Of a stretch of 64,000 nt of DNA, positions 44,774 through 55,100 are shown one piece after another. Position 1 is the first letter of the stretch; each line of letters opens with the position of its first letter. Origin of the DNA: Candidatus Parcubacteria bacterium (GTDB lineage: Bacteria; Patescibacteriota; Minisyncoccia; Minisyncoccales; JAGMDC01); the NCBI GenBank assembly GCA_023128895.1, contig JAGMDC010000003.1, positions 155,651 to 219,650 of the forward strand, read 5' to 3'. The notes below the pieces were generated by a model. It saw only the letters and a list, made by a program, of their open reading frames with translations. It ran no database searches and was not told the DNA's origin. The position numbers and the translations under genes were made by a program.

Positions 44774-45841
44774 TTATACACTGCTTTTAATTTCAATAAC
44801 ATCGCCGTCTTGGACAATATAATCCTTACCCTCTATGCGGATTAGTCCTTTTTCCCGTGCCGATGCAAACCCGCCGGCATCGATTAAATCCTGCCAGTTA
44901 ATCACTTCCGCTTTGATAAAATATTTTTCAAAATCGCTGTGAATAACGCCGCCGGCTGCGGGCGCTTTTTCCCCTTTTTCAAGAGTCCAAGCCCGGGTCT
45001 CGTCAGAACCGGTGGTAAAAAACGTTATCAAATTAAGCAGTTTGTAGGATTCTTTGATTAAATCGTCTATTTTCAATTCTAATGGCAGACCAAAATCCTT
45101 TCTTTCCTCTGGCTCAATCTCCCCTGCTTCAAATTCAGTAAGAACATCAATAATTAAAAACTGCCAATTATTTTTTTTGAAAACCTCAATCACATCCGCG
45201 GAAATTTCATTTTCAGAACCATTTAATAAATACAAAACCGGCTTTGAAGTTAATAATTGATATTTATTTAAAATTTTTCTTTCTTCATTATCCCAGAGTT
45301 CTGTATTCAATGCCCTTCCATCTTGTAAAATATTTCTAGCTTTTTCTAATATTTTTAATTCTTGAACTGCCTGCCTGTCCCCTGCCCTTACTTCTTTTTC
45401 CATTCCTTCAATTCTTTTTTCTACTACTTCTAAATCCTTCAAACACATTTCCGTGTCTAAAATTTCTTTGTCTCTTACAATATCAATTTTAGATTCTATA
45501 TTTACAATTTTTTCATTCTTGAAACAGCGAAGAACATAAATCACAGCGTCAACTTCTCTTATATTAGCTAAAAATTTATTGCCTAATCCTTCGCCTTTAT
45601 TGGCTCCTTTAACTAAGCCGGCGATGTCAACAAATTCCACCGCTGCGTAGATTTTTTTTGCTGAATTTGTTAATTCCGCGAGTTTGTCCGCTCTTTTATC
45701 CACGACAGCAACAACTCCGACATTGGGGTCAATAGTGCAAAAAGGATAATTAGAGCGCTCAACTTGTTTTTTAGTTATTGCCTGGAATAAAGTTGACTTG
45801 CCGACATTTGGCAAACCAACAATTCCAATAGATAAAGCCAT
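44774..45841 (-). CDS. ychF: ribosome-binding ATPase YchF
   Basis: IGIVGLPNVGKSTLFQAIT P-loop, DIAGLVKGA, and a C-terminal TGS-like domain. Confidence 0.95.
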   Translation of the reverse strand: MALSIGIVGLPNVGKSTLFQAITKKQVERSNYPFCTIDPNVGVVAVVDKRADKLAELTNSAKKIYAAVEFVDIAGLVKGANKGEGLGNKFLANIREVDAVIYVLRCFKNEKIVNIESKIDIVRDKEILDTEMCLKDLEVVEKRIEGMEKEVRAGDRQAVQELKILEKARNILQDGRALNTELWDNEERKILNKYQLLTSKPVLYLLNGSENEISADVIEVFKKNNWQFLIIDVLTEFEAGEIEPEERKDFGLPLELKIDDLIKESYKLLNLITFFTTGSDETRAWTLEKGEKAPAAGGVIHSDFEKYFIKAEVINWQDLIDAGGFASAREKGLIRIEGKDYIVQDGDVIEIKSSV

Positions 45842-45897
45842 ATTTTAAATTTACCGCAATTTGCCGATTTTGTAAAATTTTTTAGAAAATCAAAAAC

Positions 45898-45926
45898 TTG
45901 ACTTTTTGAATAAAATGGTTTATTAT
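45898..45926 (+). promoter_or_regulatory. candidate promoter of winged-helix gene 1
   Basis: TTGACT-N17-TATTAT, with a TATAAT 3 nt further on, followed by AGGGGGTGA. The whole of 45891-45964 is duplicated at 51711-51785. Confidence 0.5.
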
Positions 45927-45963
45927 AATTATAATTAAAAAAACAATAGGGGGTGAATGAAAA

Positions 45964-46227
45964 ATGGAAAAAAGATGCGAAAAGGAAATTATTTTTGATA
46001 TGCTAAAAGCGCTAAGGGAGACAGAAGAGATGGCAAAAACAACACTTATGCGCTCGGCGAACTCGAACTGGGGAAGCTGCAAAAAAAAATTTGAATTGCT
46101 CCTTGAAAAAGGTCTTATCGCGCCAACGGCAAACAAAAAAAATTCCAGAGAAGTAAAATTCAGTATCACCGTCAAGGGTAAAACATTTATCGGTGATTTC
46201 CAGAAAATACAAAAATCTTTAGCGTAG
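45964..46227 (+). CDS. small winged-helix DNA-binding-like protein 1
   Basis: 87 aa, IIFDMLKALRE...AKTTLMRSANSNWGSCKKKFELLLEKGLI...FSITVKGKTFIGDF. Paralog of the 51832-52062 product. Confidence 0.6.
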   Translation: MEKRCEKEIIFDMLKALRETEEMAKTTLMRSANSNWGSCKKKFELLLEKGLIAPTANKKNSREVKFSITVKGKTFIGDFQKIQKSLA

Positions 46228-46278
46228 CGCGTTAGAGGGGAGGCATCTGTCTCTCTTATTTTTTTTGCGCTGTTACTG

Positions 46279-49200
46279 TTATTTTTCCTCGCAGACATCT
46301 ATTCTGTTGTCCTGTCCGTACTTCTCTCCAACGTCAAACGCGCAATAGCCGGTATAACAGTCATCATTGCTGTCGCAGTCGCCTTCTCCGGCATAACATT
46401 TACAATTAGTAGTGCAGTAATTCCATCCCCATAAAGAAGAGGTATGGCAGGTTTCGTCTTTGCCGTTCCCGTCTATGCCCGACTTATCAAAACCTTTCTC
46501 ATATGTCTTGTCACGAGCAGAAGTCTGGCTTTTGTTTTCTAAAATCTGTTCCCCTTGTTCAAGCAAATACCTGGTCCTCTCAAACAGTTCTTTAAGTGTA
46601 TTGTTTATTCTTTCATCCACTTGTCTGGTTCCTGGTCGGCGGGGCTGGTCTGGTTGGCTCGGTTGACTTGGTAACTCTCGGCCTCGGCTTGGTTGGTCTG
46701 GTTGAGTCGGTTGGGTCGGTGACTCTCGGCTTGATTCTTCTTGGCCGATCTTTTTCCATCCCGCGCCTATTCTAACGCCATCTTCGTCGTAAATAAACCA
46801 ACACGTTTCTTTCTCCCCGTCGCCGTCTATATCTATTTTATCATTATTAGAAATCTTATAAAATTTTCCGTTATACGCGCAGTCTGTATACTTTGGAGCG
46901 CATATTCCGTGCGAAACATACGGATCAAAAAGACAATAAGGCCAGCAACAATTCCAATTTTCAAATAATTCTGAACATTTCTCTCCTATTAATGAACAAT
47001 TTTTGTCAGTCAATCCAAATGTTATTTTTGTTACATTTGATTTATCAGCTTTGTTTCCAATATCATCTTTACAAGCAAGATATACTCTCTTGAATCCCAC
47101 TGGACCAATATCTGGAAAAGTACAGGTATGGGAGGTTGTACCCTCCCCCTTTTGACAATCAAGCGTCATTTCGTCATAACCTTGTTTGGTTAAAGAAATT
47201 CTGCACCAAGTTTTTTTCTGAGTAGTGGCAACAATATCCGGAGTATAATTATGGATAAATCTATCATAGTCATAACCAAGAGACCAATAATGTGCCTCAT
47301 CTGGAAAGACCAAAATCCTGTTAGCTTCTTTGCCGTCTACGCTAATTGTATGGATAATAGGAGGCATTTTATCTCCACCAGGGACTATTGAACTGCCTTG
47401 CCAAGAACCGTCAGCCAAACAAGTTTCGTCAACACCGTCATTATCCACATCTTTCTTATCTCCAACACTGTAATAAGAACAAGAAATATCTCCGCTATTA
47501 TACTTAAACTCTAATAATGCTTTATGAGACGAGTTGCAGCAGCAATCCACAGAATATTTATCTTCAAATATAATAGCAATTGTCGCGTCCTGATTAAATA
47601 GATAATAATTGAAAAGTTCAATTAATGTTGCTTTTGGAATTGTAAATGTTTTAGAACTAAAATTCTCACAATAATCTATTGAACCGCCGAAATTGCCTAT
47701 TTCGCCTAATTTTATTTCGCCATATCCCTTGGCAACAGCAATCTTGCAAAATTCTTTTGAATATGAACTTGAATCGCTATCATTGGTTTTCTTTCCGTCA
47801 TAATCGCCCTTGACGAAAACTGTTAATTTAGCGTCTGATGTTGGAAAACAGTCATTCCCTGTACAGGTAAATGTGAGATAATTAGCGCAGCCCCCTATCG
47901 ACGGCACTGCCCAAAACCCAGATTCTGGACAATCTTTTTGCTGAGTTTGAGAATATGCGGCTTGCTTATTTTGACAATAAACACAGCTTTTGCCTGCTGG
48001 AGCGCACGATTTCTTTGATGTTCCTGAATCAAAAACGCAATTGTTATTAGAGCAACAATCTGCATCTTTCCAACATTCCTCCCCGTCCTTGGAACAAAAA
48101 TCACTATGCTTCATTTTCAGCGCTTCATGCGCGTTCACAATCCCGGCGCCGGATATAGTTGTTGAACCAACATTCGCGGATACATCAAAAGTCGTTTGAA
48201 TATTGGTATTTTCACTCTTGCCTGCTTCAACGCTCGTTCTTGTAAGATTGGTTTTTCTATAAATATCATCAGTGTTCCCATAAAAAGATTCTCGCGAATT
48301 TGCAGCGCCTCTTTCTATATTTTGTACATTTAATCTATCTATTTGTTCTTTTATCTCTGTTAATCTGTCGCTTATCCTGTCTAATATTTCCCTTTTATAT
48401 CTATCGTATTCTCCGGGCTGGATAGAACGATCCCTGCTCGGCTGACCCGGCTGTCTTGGCTGCATCGGCTGTCCTGGACGACCCGGCTGTCTTGGCTGCA
48501 TCGGCTGTCCTGGACGACCCGGCTGGGCAGGTTCACTCGGCTGGGTTGGTTGGGTCGGTTGGTCTGGCTGGTCTTTTTCCTCGCAGACATCCATTCTGCT
48601 GTCCTGACCATATTTTTCTCCGACATCAAACGCGCAATAGCCGGTATGGCAATCGTCATTACTGTCGCAGTCGCCTTCGCCGGCATAACATTTGCAATTA
48701 GTAGTACAATAATTCCATTCCCATAAAGGAGAAGTATGGCAGGTTTCTTCTTCTGGCTCTGGCTGGGTAGGCTGACTTGGTCGGCCCGGTAACCCTGGTT
48801 CGCTCGGCTGACGCGGCTGACCCGGCTGTCTTGAACTTTCTTTTTTAACAACCTCAAAACGTCCATCCCAAGTAGTAGCTGTTTGATTTCCTTTTACTAA
48901 TTTTAAGTTCCAACTTCCTAATGGAGCGCTTAAAGAAAGAGTATAATTATATGTGCCGCCTTGTGAAGTTATCATTTGGAAAAAGTTGACATAATTCCCG
49001 TTTGAGTCAACAATTCTTAACGACCATCCTATATAAGAATTGTTTGGCTCCACAATTATTTCAACGGTTTCTCCCTGCTCATAAGTTGTTTCAGACACCC
49101 TTACTTTAGAAGATGGCCACGCGGGTTGGCCCGGCTGGCTTGGTTGGCCCGGCTGGCTTGGTTGGCCCGGCTGGCTTGGTTGGCCCGGCTGGCTTGGTTG

Positions 49201-50829
49201 GCCCGGCTGGCTTGGTTGTCCCGGCTGGCTTGGCTGTCCCGGCTGGCTTGGCTGGCTTGGTTGGCCCGGCTTGGAAATTACTTTAGGATGATAAGCTGTT
49301 TCCTTTAGAATTTGCCTTACCTTTTCATTTGAAATTCCAGGATTTTGCGAAAGAATTAAAGCCGCAACTCCAGACACCATTGGCGCTGACATACTTGTTC
49401 CGCTTGCTATATAATATTTTCCCCCAATTATGCTGATTCCATCTCCGTACATATCTGTGCCTCTAGCGCGCAAAGAAAGAATTACGGCTCCCGGCGCTGA
49501 AATATCAACCAAGCGCCCATAATTAGACCATTTTGCCTGCTTGTTCAACGGCGTAGTTGCCGCAACACTGATAGTGGTTAAATGACTACCTGGAAACGTA
49601 AATCTTCCATCGCTGCTATCATTTCCAGCAGAAGCGACTAACACGCATCCTTTTTTGTGAGCGTAATTCAATATCTCTTCAAGCGCAGCAGGCGCTTTTG
49701 CGACAATTCCGCCCCAGCTCATATTTATCACATCAGCGCCGTTATCAACAGCGTACATAATTGATTCTATCATATCGGTTCCATCGGCAGAGCCATCTTT
49801 ATCAAAAAATTTCAGCGACATTATTTTAGAATACCAGGAAATACCAGCCACTCCTTTACTGTTGTTTGTGGAAGCGGCTATTATGCCGGCGCAATGAGTC
49901 CCGTGCCCAAAATCATCAGCAGGGCTCTTATCATCATACGCAAAATCCCACCCATTAACATCGTCAATATATCCGTTATTGTCATCGTCTATTCCATTGC
50001 CGGCAATCTCGCCAGAGTTTATCCAAATATTGCTTTTCAAATCTGTGTGAGACATATCCACTCCTGTATCAATAACTGCCACAACAACATCTTTGCTTCC
50101 TTTTTGTATATCCCAGGCATCGCCTGCTTTAATTACATGTAAACCCCACTGATCTTTATACCATTGTTTCCAAGCGCCTGTTGTGGAATAATATGTATCA
50201 TCTGGAGTTGTTGTATGAACAGACACAACAAAATTTGTTTCCACATATTCTACGTTTTCAGATTTTCCATATTTCTCAATAATATCTGAACTTAAAACGC
50301 TTAAATCAAAACTAACGCGATACAAATTTGAAAACAAAGGCGACTTTGATACTCTTGATATCTTTAATGGCTTCTCCCTTGTCAAAGATATAATATCCTG
50401 ATTTATCCTGCTGCTGGTAACCCCTGTTTTGACTTTTACCAATACCTCGCTAAAAGTATGCGATGGTATTATTCTTTCGCTCTTAAAAATCTCATTCATT
50501 TTTGCCCTTGTGGTAGTACCTACAAACCCTGTTCCCCTTGTCAACTTCCAGGGATCTAAAATTTCTTCTTGATGTTCTTCCTGAAAACGAACTACTGCCT
50601 CGCGAGTCTGTTCGTCAAACCTGCCAGTTGCCTCCACTTCTGGATAAGTTTCTCTTAAATATTCCTGCATAAACTTCACATCGTCTCCGGTTCTATTTAG
50701 AGATAAATTTCTGTCCAAATCCACGCTTCGCATTGCTGCGCGCGCTTCGCGCGCGCCGATTCCCTCACACAAAGAAAACGCGAAAATAACAGCGAGCGCA
50801 AAAATACAAAACTTAATATTTATTTTCAT
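46279..50829 (-). CDS. giant secreted subtilisin-like (S8) protease 1 with PG-binding-like domain, Pro-rich linkers and Cys-rich modules
   Basis: Signal peptide, then LSLNRTGDDVKFMQEYL...GRFDEQTREAVVRFQ. Catalytic residues VAVIDTGVD, HGTHCAGIIAA and SGTSMSAPMVSG. (QPGQPS)n linkers. Two copies of CHTS.LW.WNYCTTNCKCYAGEGDCDSNDDC.TGYC. Confidence 0.85.
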   Translation of the reverse strand: MKINIKFCIFALAVIFAFSLCEGIGAREARAAMRSVDLDRNLSLNRTGDDVKFMQEYLRETYPEVEATGRFDEQTREAVVRFQEEHQEEILDPWKLTRGTGFVGTTTRAKMNEIFKSERIIPSHTFSEVLVKVKTGVTSSRINQDIISLTREKPLKISRVSKSPLFSNLYRVSFDLSVLSSDIIEKYGKSENVEYVETNFVVSVHTTTPDDTYYSTTGAWKQWYKDQWGLHVIKAGDAWDIQKGSKDVVVAVIDTGVDMSHTDLKSNIWINSGEIAGNGIDDDNNGYIDDVNGWDFAYDDKSPADDFGHGTHCAGIIAASTNNSKGVAGISWYSKIMSLKFFDKDGSADGTDMIESIMYAVDNGADVINMSWGGIVAKAPAALEEILNYAHKKGCVLVASAGNDSSDGRFTFPGSHLTTISVAATTPLNKQAKWSNYGRLVDISAPGAVILSLRARGTDMYGDGISIIGGKYYIASGTSMSAPMVSGVAALILSQNPGISNEKVRQILKETAYHPKVISKPGQPSQPSQPGQPSQPGQPSQPGQPSQPGQPSQPGQPSQPGQPSQPGQPAWPSSKVRVSETTYEQGETVEIIVEPNNSYIGWSLRIVDSNGNYVNFFQMITSQGGTYNYTLSLSAPLGSWNLKLVKGNQTATTWDGRFEVVKKESSRQPGQPRQPSEPGLPGRPSQPTQPEPEEETCHTSPLWEWNYCTTNCKCYAGEGDCDSNDDCHTGYCAFDVGEKYGQDSRMDVCEEKDQPDQPTQPTQPSEPAQPGRPGQPMQPRQPGRPGQPMQPRQPGQPSRDRSIQPGEYDRYKREILDRISDRLTEIKEQIDRLNVQNIERGAANSRESFYGNTDDIYRKTNLTRTSVEAGKSENTNIQTTFDVSANVGSTTISGAGIVNAHEALKMKHSDFCSKDGEECWKDADCCSNNNCVFDSGTSKKSCAPAGKSCVYCQNKQAAYSQTQQKDCPESGFWAVPSIGGCANYLTFTCTGNDCFPTSDAKLTVFVKGDYDGKKTNDSDSSSYSKEFCKIAVAKGYGEIKLGEIGNFGGSIDYCENFSSKTFTIPKATLIELFNYYLFNQDATIAIIFEDKYSVDCCCNSSHKALLEFKYNSGDISCSYYSVGDKKDVDNDGVDETCLADGSWQGSSIVPGGDKMPPIIHTISVDGKEANRILVFPDEAHYWSLGYDYDRFIHNYTPDIVATTQKKTWCRISLTKQGYDEMTLDCQKGEGTTSHTCTFPDIGPVGFKRVYLACKDDIGNKADKSNVTKITFGLTDKNCSLIGEKCSELFENWNCCWPYCLFDPYVSHGICAPKYTDCAYNGKFYKISNNDKIDIDGDGEKETCWFIYDEDGVRIGAGWKKIGQEESSRESPTQPTQPDQPSRGRELPSQPSQPDQPRRPGTRQVDERINNTLKELFERTRYLLEQGEQILENKSQTSARDKTYEKGFDKSGIDGNGKDETCHTSSLWGWNYCTTNCKCYAGEGDCDSNDDCYTGYCAFDVGEKYGQDNRIDVCEEK
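49124..49272. repeat. tandem 18-nt repeat (about 8 units) encoding (PGQPSQ)n in protease 1
   Basis: GGTTGGCCCGGCTGGCTT is iterated with minor variants. A further 36-nt x2 repeat lies at 48444-48527. Confidence 0.9.
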
Positions 50830-51026
50830 AATAGCAAATAAATTTATTATTTTAATTTTTTGACCTTTGTCAAATTATACCACAAACCAACAAATAAAAA
50901 AAAGAGGGATTAGCACCTCCTTATTTTATATTTGCCGCAATTTGCCAATTTTGTAAAATTTTTTGAAAAATTTGAAGTAAAATAAATCCCCATTGCCTAC
51001 AACAGGGAAAATTTTATTACTATTTA

Positions 51027-51545
51027 CTAAGGAGTTATTGTCCAACTAATTTCTTGGTTCTCATAGAGCGCCCTTGTTGAAAAATTCCACGAGCGCGAAC
51101 TGTTTTCTCCAAAAAATTTGGATTGTGTGTTTAATGTCGGCGATTCTATACCAGCGTTAAAGAGAAAAGAGTCCGCTACTAAGTGTTCAACATTTATGCC
51201 CAGTGCCGCAGAACGAAGCGATGCTGTATATCTAGCGTATTGTGCTAATTCTATCTTTTTTGATTGATTAGCGGTCAACTTATGTTTGAATGTCAGGTCT
51301 GTTTTTTTTGGTTCTTTCTCAAAACTCAATACAGCAGAAGTATTTATAGCCCTGCCGCTGATACCCTGCGCGCTAATTTTGCCGTGAACGAAAACTGTGT
51401 CTGATGAATAAAAGGTGTATGCGTATTTTACACCCTTTGTCTGCGTCGTCTCTTCATAATATAGCGCTTCCGCTTGCGGCGCAATCAATATAAATATTCC
51501 TATCGCCAGGAACAGTAATACGACTATTACCACTTTTTTATCCAT
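51027..51545 (-). CDS. small secreted protein of unknown function
   Basis: Signal or anchor VVIVVLLFLAIGIFILIAPQAEA. Strong SD AAGGAGGAC 8 nt upstream. No recognisable motif. Confidence 0.6.
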   Translation of the reverse strand: MDKKVVIVVLLFLAIGIFILIAPQAEALYYEETTQTKGVKYAYTFYSSDTVFVHGKISAQGISGRAINTSAVLSFEKEPKKTDLTFKHKLTANQSKKIELAQYARYTASLRSAALGINVEHLVADSFLFNAGIESPTLNTQSKFFGENSSRSWNFSTRALYENQEISWTITP

Positions 51546-51717
51546 TTGCTTTTTGTCCTCCTTTTTTTATTATTTCTACACTGTTTAATAATTACAAATA
51601 ATTTCATAATCGTTAAACAGCGTAGAAACAAAGCAATTATCTATATTAAAAATTTAAAGTACTTTATAATAATACTAAAAATTAATAATATTGTCAAGTC
51701 AGATAATCAAAAAAAAC

Positions 51718-51746
51718 TTGACTTTTTGAATGAAATGGTTTATTAT
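51718..51746 (+). promoter_or_regulatory. candidate promoter of winged-helix gene 2
   Basis: Same TTGACT-N17-TATTAT as at 45898-45926. Confidence 0.5.
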
Positions 51747-51831
51747 AATTATAATTAAAAAAACAATAGGGGGTGAATGAAAAACGAAAAGAAAAACGAA
51801 AAAGAGGGGCGACTATGAGATTTTTTTTGAT

Positions 51832-52062
51832 ATGCTGGATGCGCTACTAAAGAAGAAAAAGAAGAAAGAACCGATGGCAAAAACAGCATTAATGCACGCG
51901 ACAAATTTGGACTGGAGAAACTTCAAAGAAAGGTTTGAATTTCTCCAAGAAAAAGAACTTATTGCGGAGACAAACGAGGAAAACGCTAAAAGATACAATA
52001 TCACTGATAAGGGTCTGGGGTATATCATAGAATTCAAAAGGCTCCGGAAAATTTTAGCGTAG
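51832..52062 (+). CDS. small winged-helix DNA-binding-like protein 2
   Basis: MLDALLKKKKKKEPMAKTALMHATNLDWRNFKERFEFLQEKELI...YNITDKGLGYIIEF. The homologous frame continues upstream (GDYEIFFD) but has no ATG there. Confidence 0.55.
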   Translation: MLDALLKKKKKKEPMAKTALMHATNLDWRNFKERFEFLQEKELIAETNEENAKRYNITDKGLGYIIEFKRLRKILA

Positions 52063-52124
52063 CGCGTTTAGTAAAAGGTTAAGGGGAGGCATCTGTCTCT
52101 CTTATTTTTTTTGCGCTGTTACTG

Positions 52125-55100
52125 TTATTTTTCCTCGCAGACATCTATTCTGCTGTCCTGTGTATATTTCTCTCCAACGTCAAACGCGCAATAGCCGGTA
52201 TGACAGTCATCATTGCTGTCGCAGTCGCCTTCGCCTGCGTAGCATTTACAATTAGTAGTGCAATAATTCCATCCCCATAAAGAAGAAGTATGGCAGGTTT
52301 CGTCTTTGTTGTTCCCGTCTATGCCCGACTCATCAAAACCTTTGTCATATATCCCGTCACGAGCAGAAGTTTGTCTTCTCTCATTTAAAATCTGTTCCCC
52401 TTGTTCAAGCAAATACCTGGTCCTCTCAAACAGTTCTTTAAATGTATTGTTTATTCTTTCATCCACTTGTCTGGTTCCTGTTCTGCCGCCCGGGATCTCG
52501 CCAGAGGGCTGTCTGGGCTGGGTAGGTTGAGTCGGAAACCTTGATCGGCCCGGTTGTTCTGGTTGGTCTGGCTGAGCAGGTTGGGTCGGTTGGGTAGGTT
52601 GGGTCGGAAACCTTGGTCTGCCCGGTTGTTCTGGTTGGTCTGGTTGGTCTGGTCTGCCCGGTTGTTCTGGTTGGTCTGGTTGGTCTGGTTGGTCTGGTTG
52701 GTCTGGTCTGCCCGGTTGTTCTGGTTGGTCTGGTTGGTCTGGTTGGTCTGGTACTCGCGGTTGCATTGGCTGCCTCGGCTGGGATGTACCAAAATCTATC
52801 CATTCTCCATTAGGAGTACATGTCTCTTTTCTGCCGTCTCCATCTATATCCAATTTATCAAAATTATTATAATAAGAACCTTTAAAAACGCAACTTTTAT
52901 CTATGGGAATGCATACTTTCTTTGAAAAAAATAGATCAAGCACACACTTCGTAGAACAGCAATAATAAGTTCCTGGGCATTCTTCTCCTTCAGATAAACA
53001 ATTTCCTTCGATCAAATAAAATCCTACTGACGGAGTACTAAGTTCACTTGGCTTATTGCCAAATTGGTCTTTACAAGCAAAATACAAAATCTTTGGGCCC
53101 AAAGAACCAACATCAGGGATAGCGCAAGTATGAGAGGTTGTACCCTCCCCCTTCTGGCAATTAATCGTCATCGCGTCGTAACCCTGTTTTGTTAGAGATA
53201 TCCTGCACCAGGCATTTTCATCTGTATTAAAAACTAAATCCGGAGTGCTATCGTTAACACCAGCCGCAACACAAAAATAATAAATATAATCATTAGTGAG
53301 CGCTCTCACGCCGCCAACAGATAACATATAAGCGAGAGGGAACAAAGTAGGCGGAGAAAGAGGATTTTTTCTTGGTATATGAGAATTACCCTCCCATGAA
53401 CCATCAGATAAACAAGTTTCATCAATACCGTCATCGTCTACATCTTTCTTGGCGCCAGCATTGTGATAAGAACAAGAACTGCCTATGCTATACGTGAACT
53501 CTAATCTTGCTTTATGCGCGGCATTACAGCAGCAATCCACGCCGCCGGAAGGAAAAGGAGCGAAGTTGACAGTAATAGTCCCATCTTTGGCAAAACTATC
53601 ATAATTAAAATAATCAATCATATCTGACTGAGAAATTATAAATGATTCAGAGCCATAAGTTTCGCAATAATTTATTGTTGAACTCTTATCATTTTTTTTG
53701 AACTTGCCGAGTTTTCCTACTCTACTTTTTATAAGGGATCTCTTAATATAAATTTCGCAATATTCCAACATGGAAATACGGTCGGTTGAATCTGTTTTTA
53801 CGCCGTCATAATCGCCTTTAATCCAAGCGGTTAATTTAGCGTCTGAAATCGGATGACATTCTCCATCATTGCAGGTGAATAGAAAATTAGTGTTACAATT
53901 TATTTCTTGGCACTTTTCTTCTTGCGTCTTAGAATAGTACGCCTTCTTTATCTTGCAAAACACGCAACTCTTATCAGCAGGGATGCATATTTTTAGAGAT
54001 GTTCTCGAGTCAAAAACGCAATTATTAGAACAACAATCTGAATCATCCCAACATTGTTTGCTATCATTAAAACAAGGCAAAGGCAACAGGGCCTGATATG
54101 CATTGACAATTCCAGCACCAGGTATTTTATCAGATCCTAACCCAGCATCACCAGGTAATCTAAACATCTTATCATTACTATCAATAAAAATATCTTGTTC
54201 GCTTTCATCGCTGATTAATGTCCTTGTTAAATTAGTGCCTTTGTTATATGTCCCGCTGCGAGCAGAAATCTGTCTTCTCTCATTCAAAATTTGTTCCCCT
54301 TGTTCAAGCAAATATCTGGTCCGCTCAAACAGTTCTTTAAGTGTATTGCTCAGTTCTTCATCCACTTGCCTGGTTCCTGTTCTGCCGCGGGGGACCTCGC
54401 CAGATGGCTGTCTGGGCTGGGTAGGTTGAGTCGGAAACCTTGGGCGGCTCGGCTGGTCTGGCTGGTCTGGCTCTCGCGGTTGTGGTTGTGTCGGCTGGTC
54501 TGGCTGCTGCCCTGTAGAGGATACAATACTGAAATAGTTGTTGCTTCTGTCAAAACCTGAACCGACTACTTCAATGAAAATTTTGTATTTGGTTCCTAAA
54601 TTTTGACCTGCCGGAACTTTCCATGAATAACTGCCTGAAGAAAATCTATATGTAAGAAGCTTATTATCACCGCAAGGTTTGTCAGGAGAACAATTTGGAT
54701 TGTTTGAATGGTCTTCTAAATAAACAAATACTTCTGTTCTGACTGCAGAATTGATGCTCCATTTAATATTATATGTTTGCTCCTTCTGCCATTGCTCTCC
54801 TCCATTAGGAGAAGTGATTGTTAATCCTGATTCCTTCGGCTGTTCTGGCTGCTTTGGTTGTTCTGGTTGGCCAGGTCTGCCTGGTAAGCTTGGCTGTTCT
54901 GGCTGTTCTGGTTCTGGTTGTTCTGGTTCTGGTTGTTTTGGTTGTTCTGGTTGGCCTGGTCGGCCCGGTTGTTCTGGTTGTTCTGGTTCTCGCGGTTGTG
55001 GTTGTGTCGGCTGCTCTGGCTGTGTCGGCTCGTCGGGTCTCTGTTCTGGCTGTTCTGGCTGTTCTGGCTGTTCTGGCAAATACGCTGTTTCTTTTAAAAT

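Noticed and set aside
45882-46298. 138-aa minus-strand ORF antisense to winged-helix gene 1
   Set aside because: It has low-complexity hydrophobic or Ser-rich translation and overlaps the promoter, SD and CDS of the better-supported plus-strand gene, which has a conserved paralog. The equivalent antisense ORF at the second copy (51813-52037) is not conserved in sequence.
48381-48866. 161-aa minus-strand ORF, and similar ORFs at 49126-49308, 52451-52803, 52554-52925, 54751-55315
   Set aside because: These are alternative-frame or antisense readings of the Pro/Gln-codon tandem repeats inside the two protease genes. They have low-complexity composition, no start context, and lie fully inside much longer, motif-supported CDSs.
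49124-49272. Regular short repeats that could be mistaken for a CRISPR array
   Set aside because: The units are contiguous with no spacers, only 9-36 nt long, in frame, and encode the protease linker. No cas genes are present in the window.
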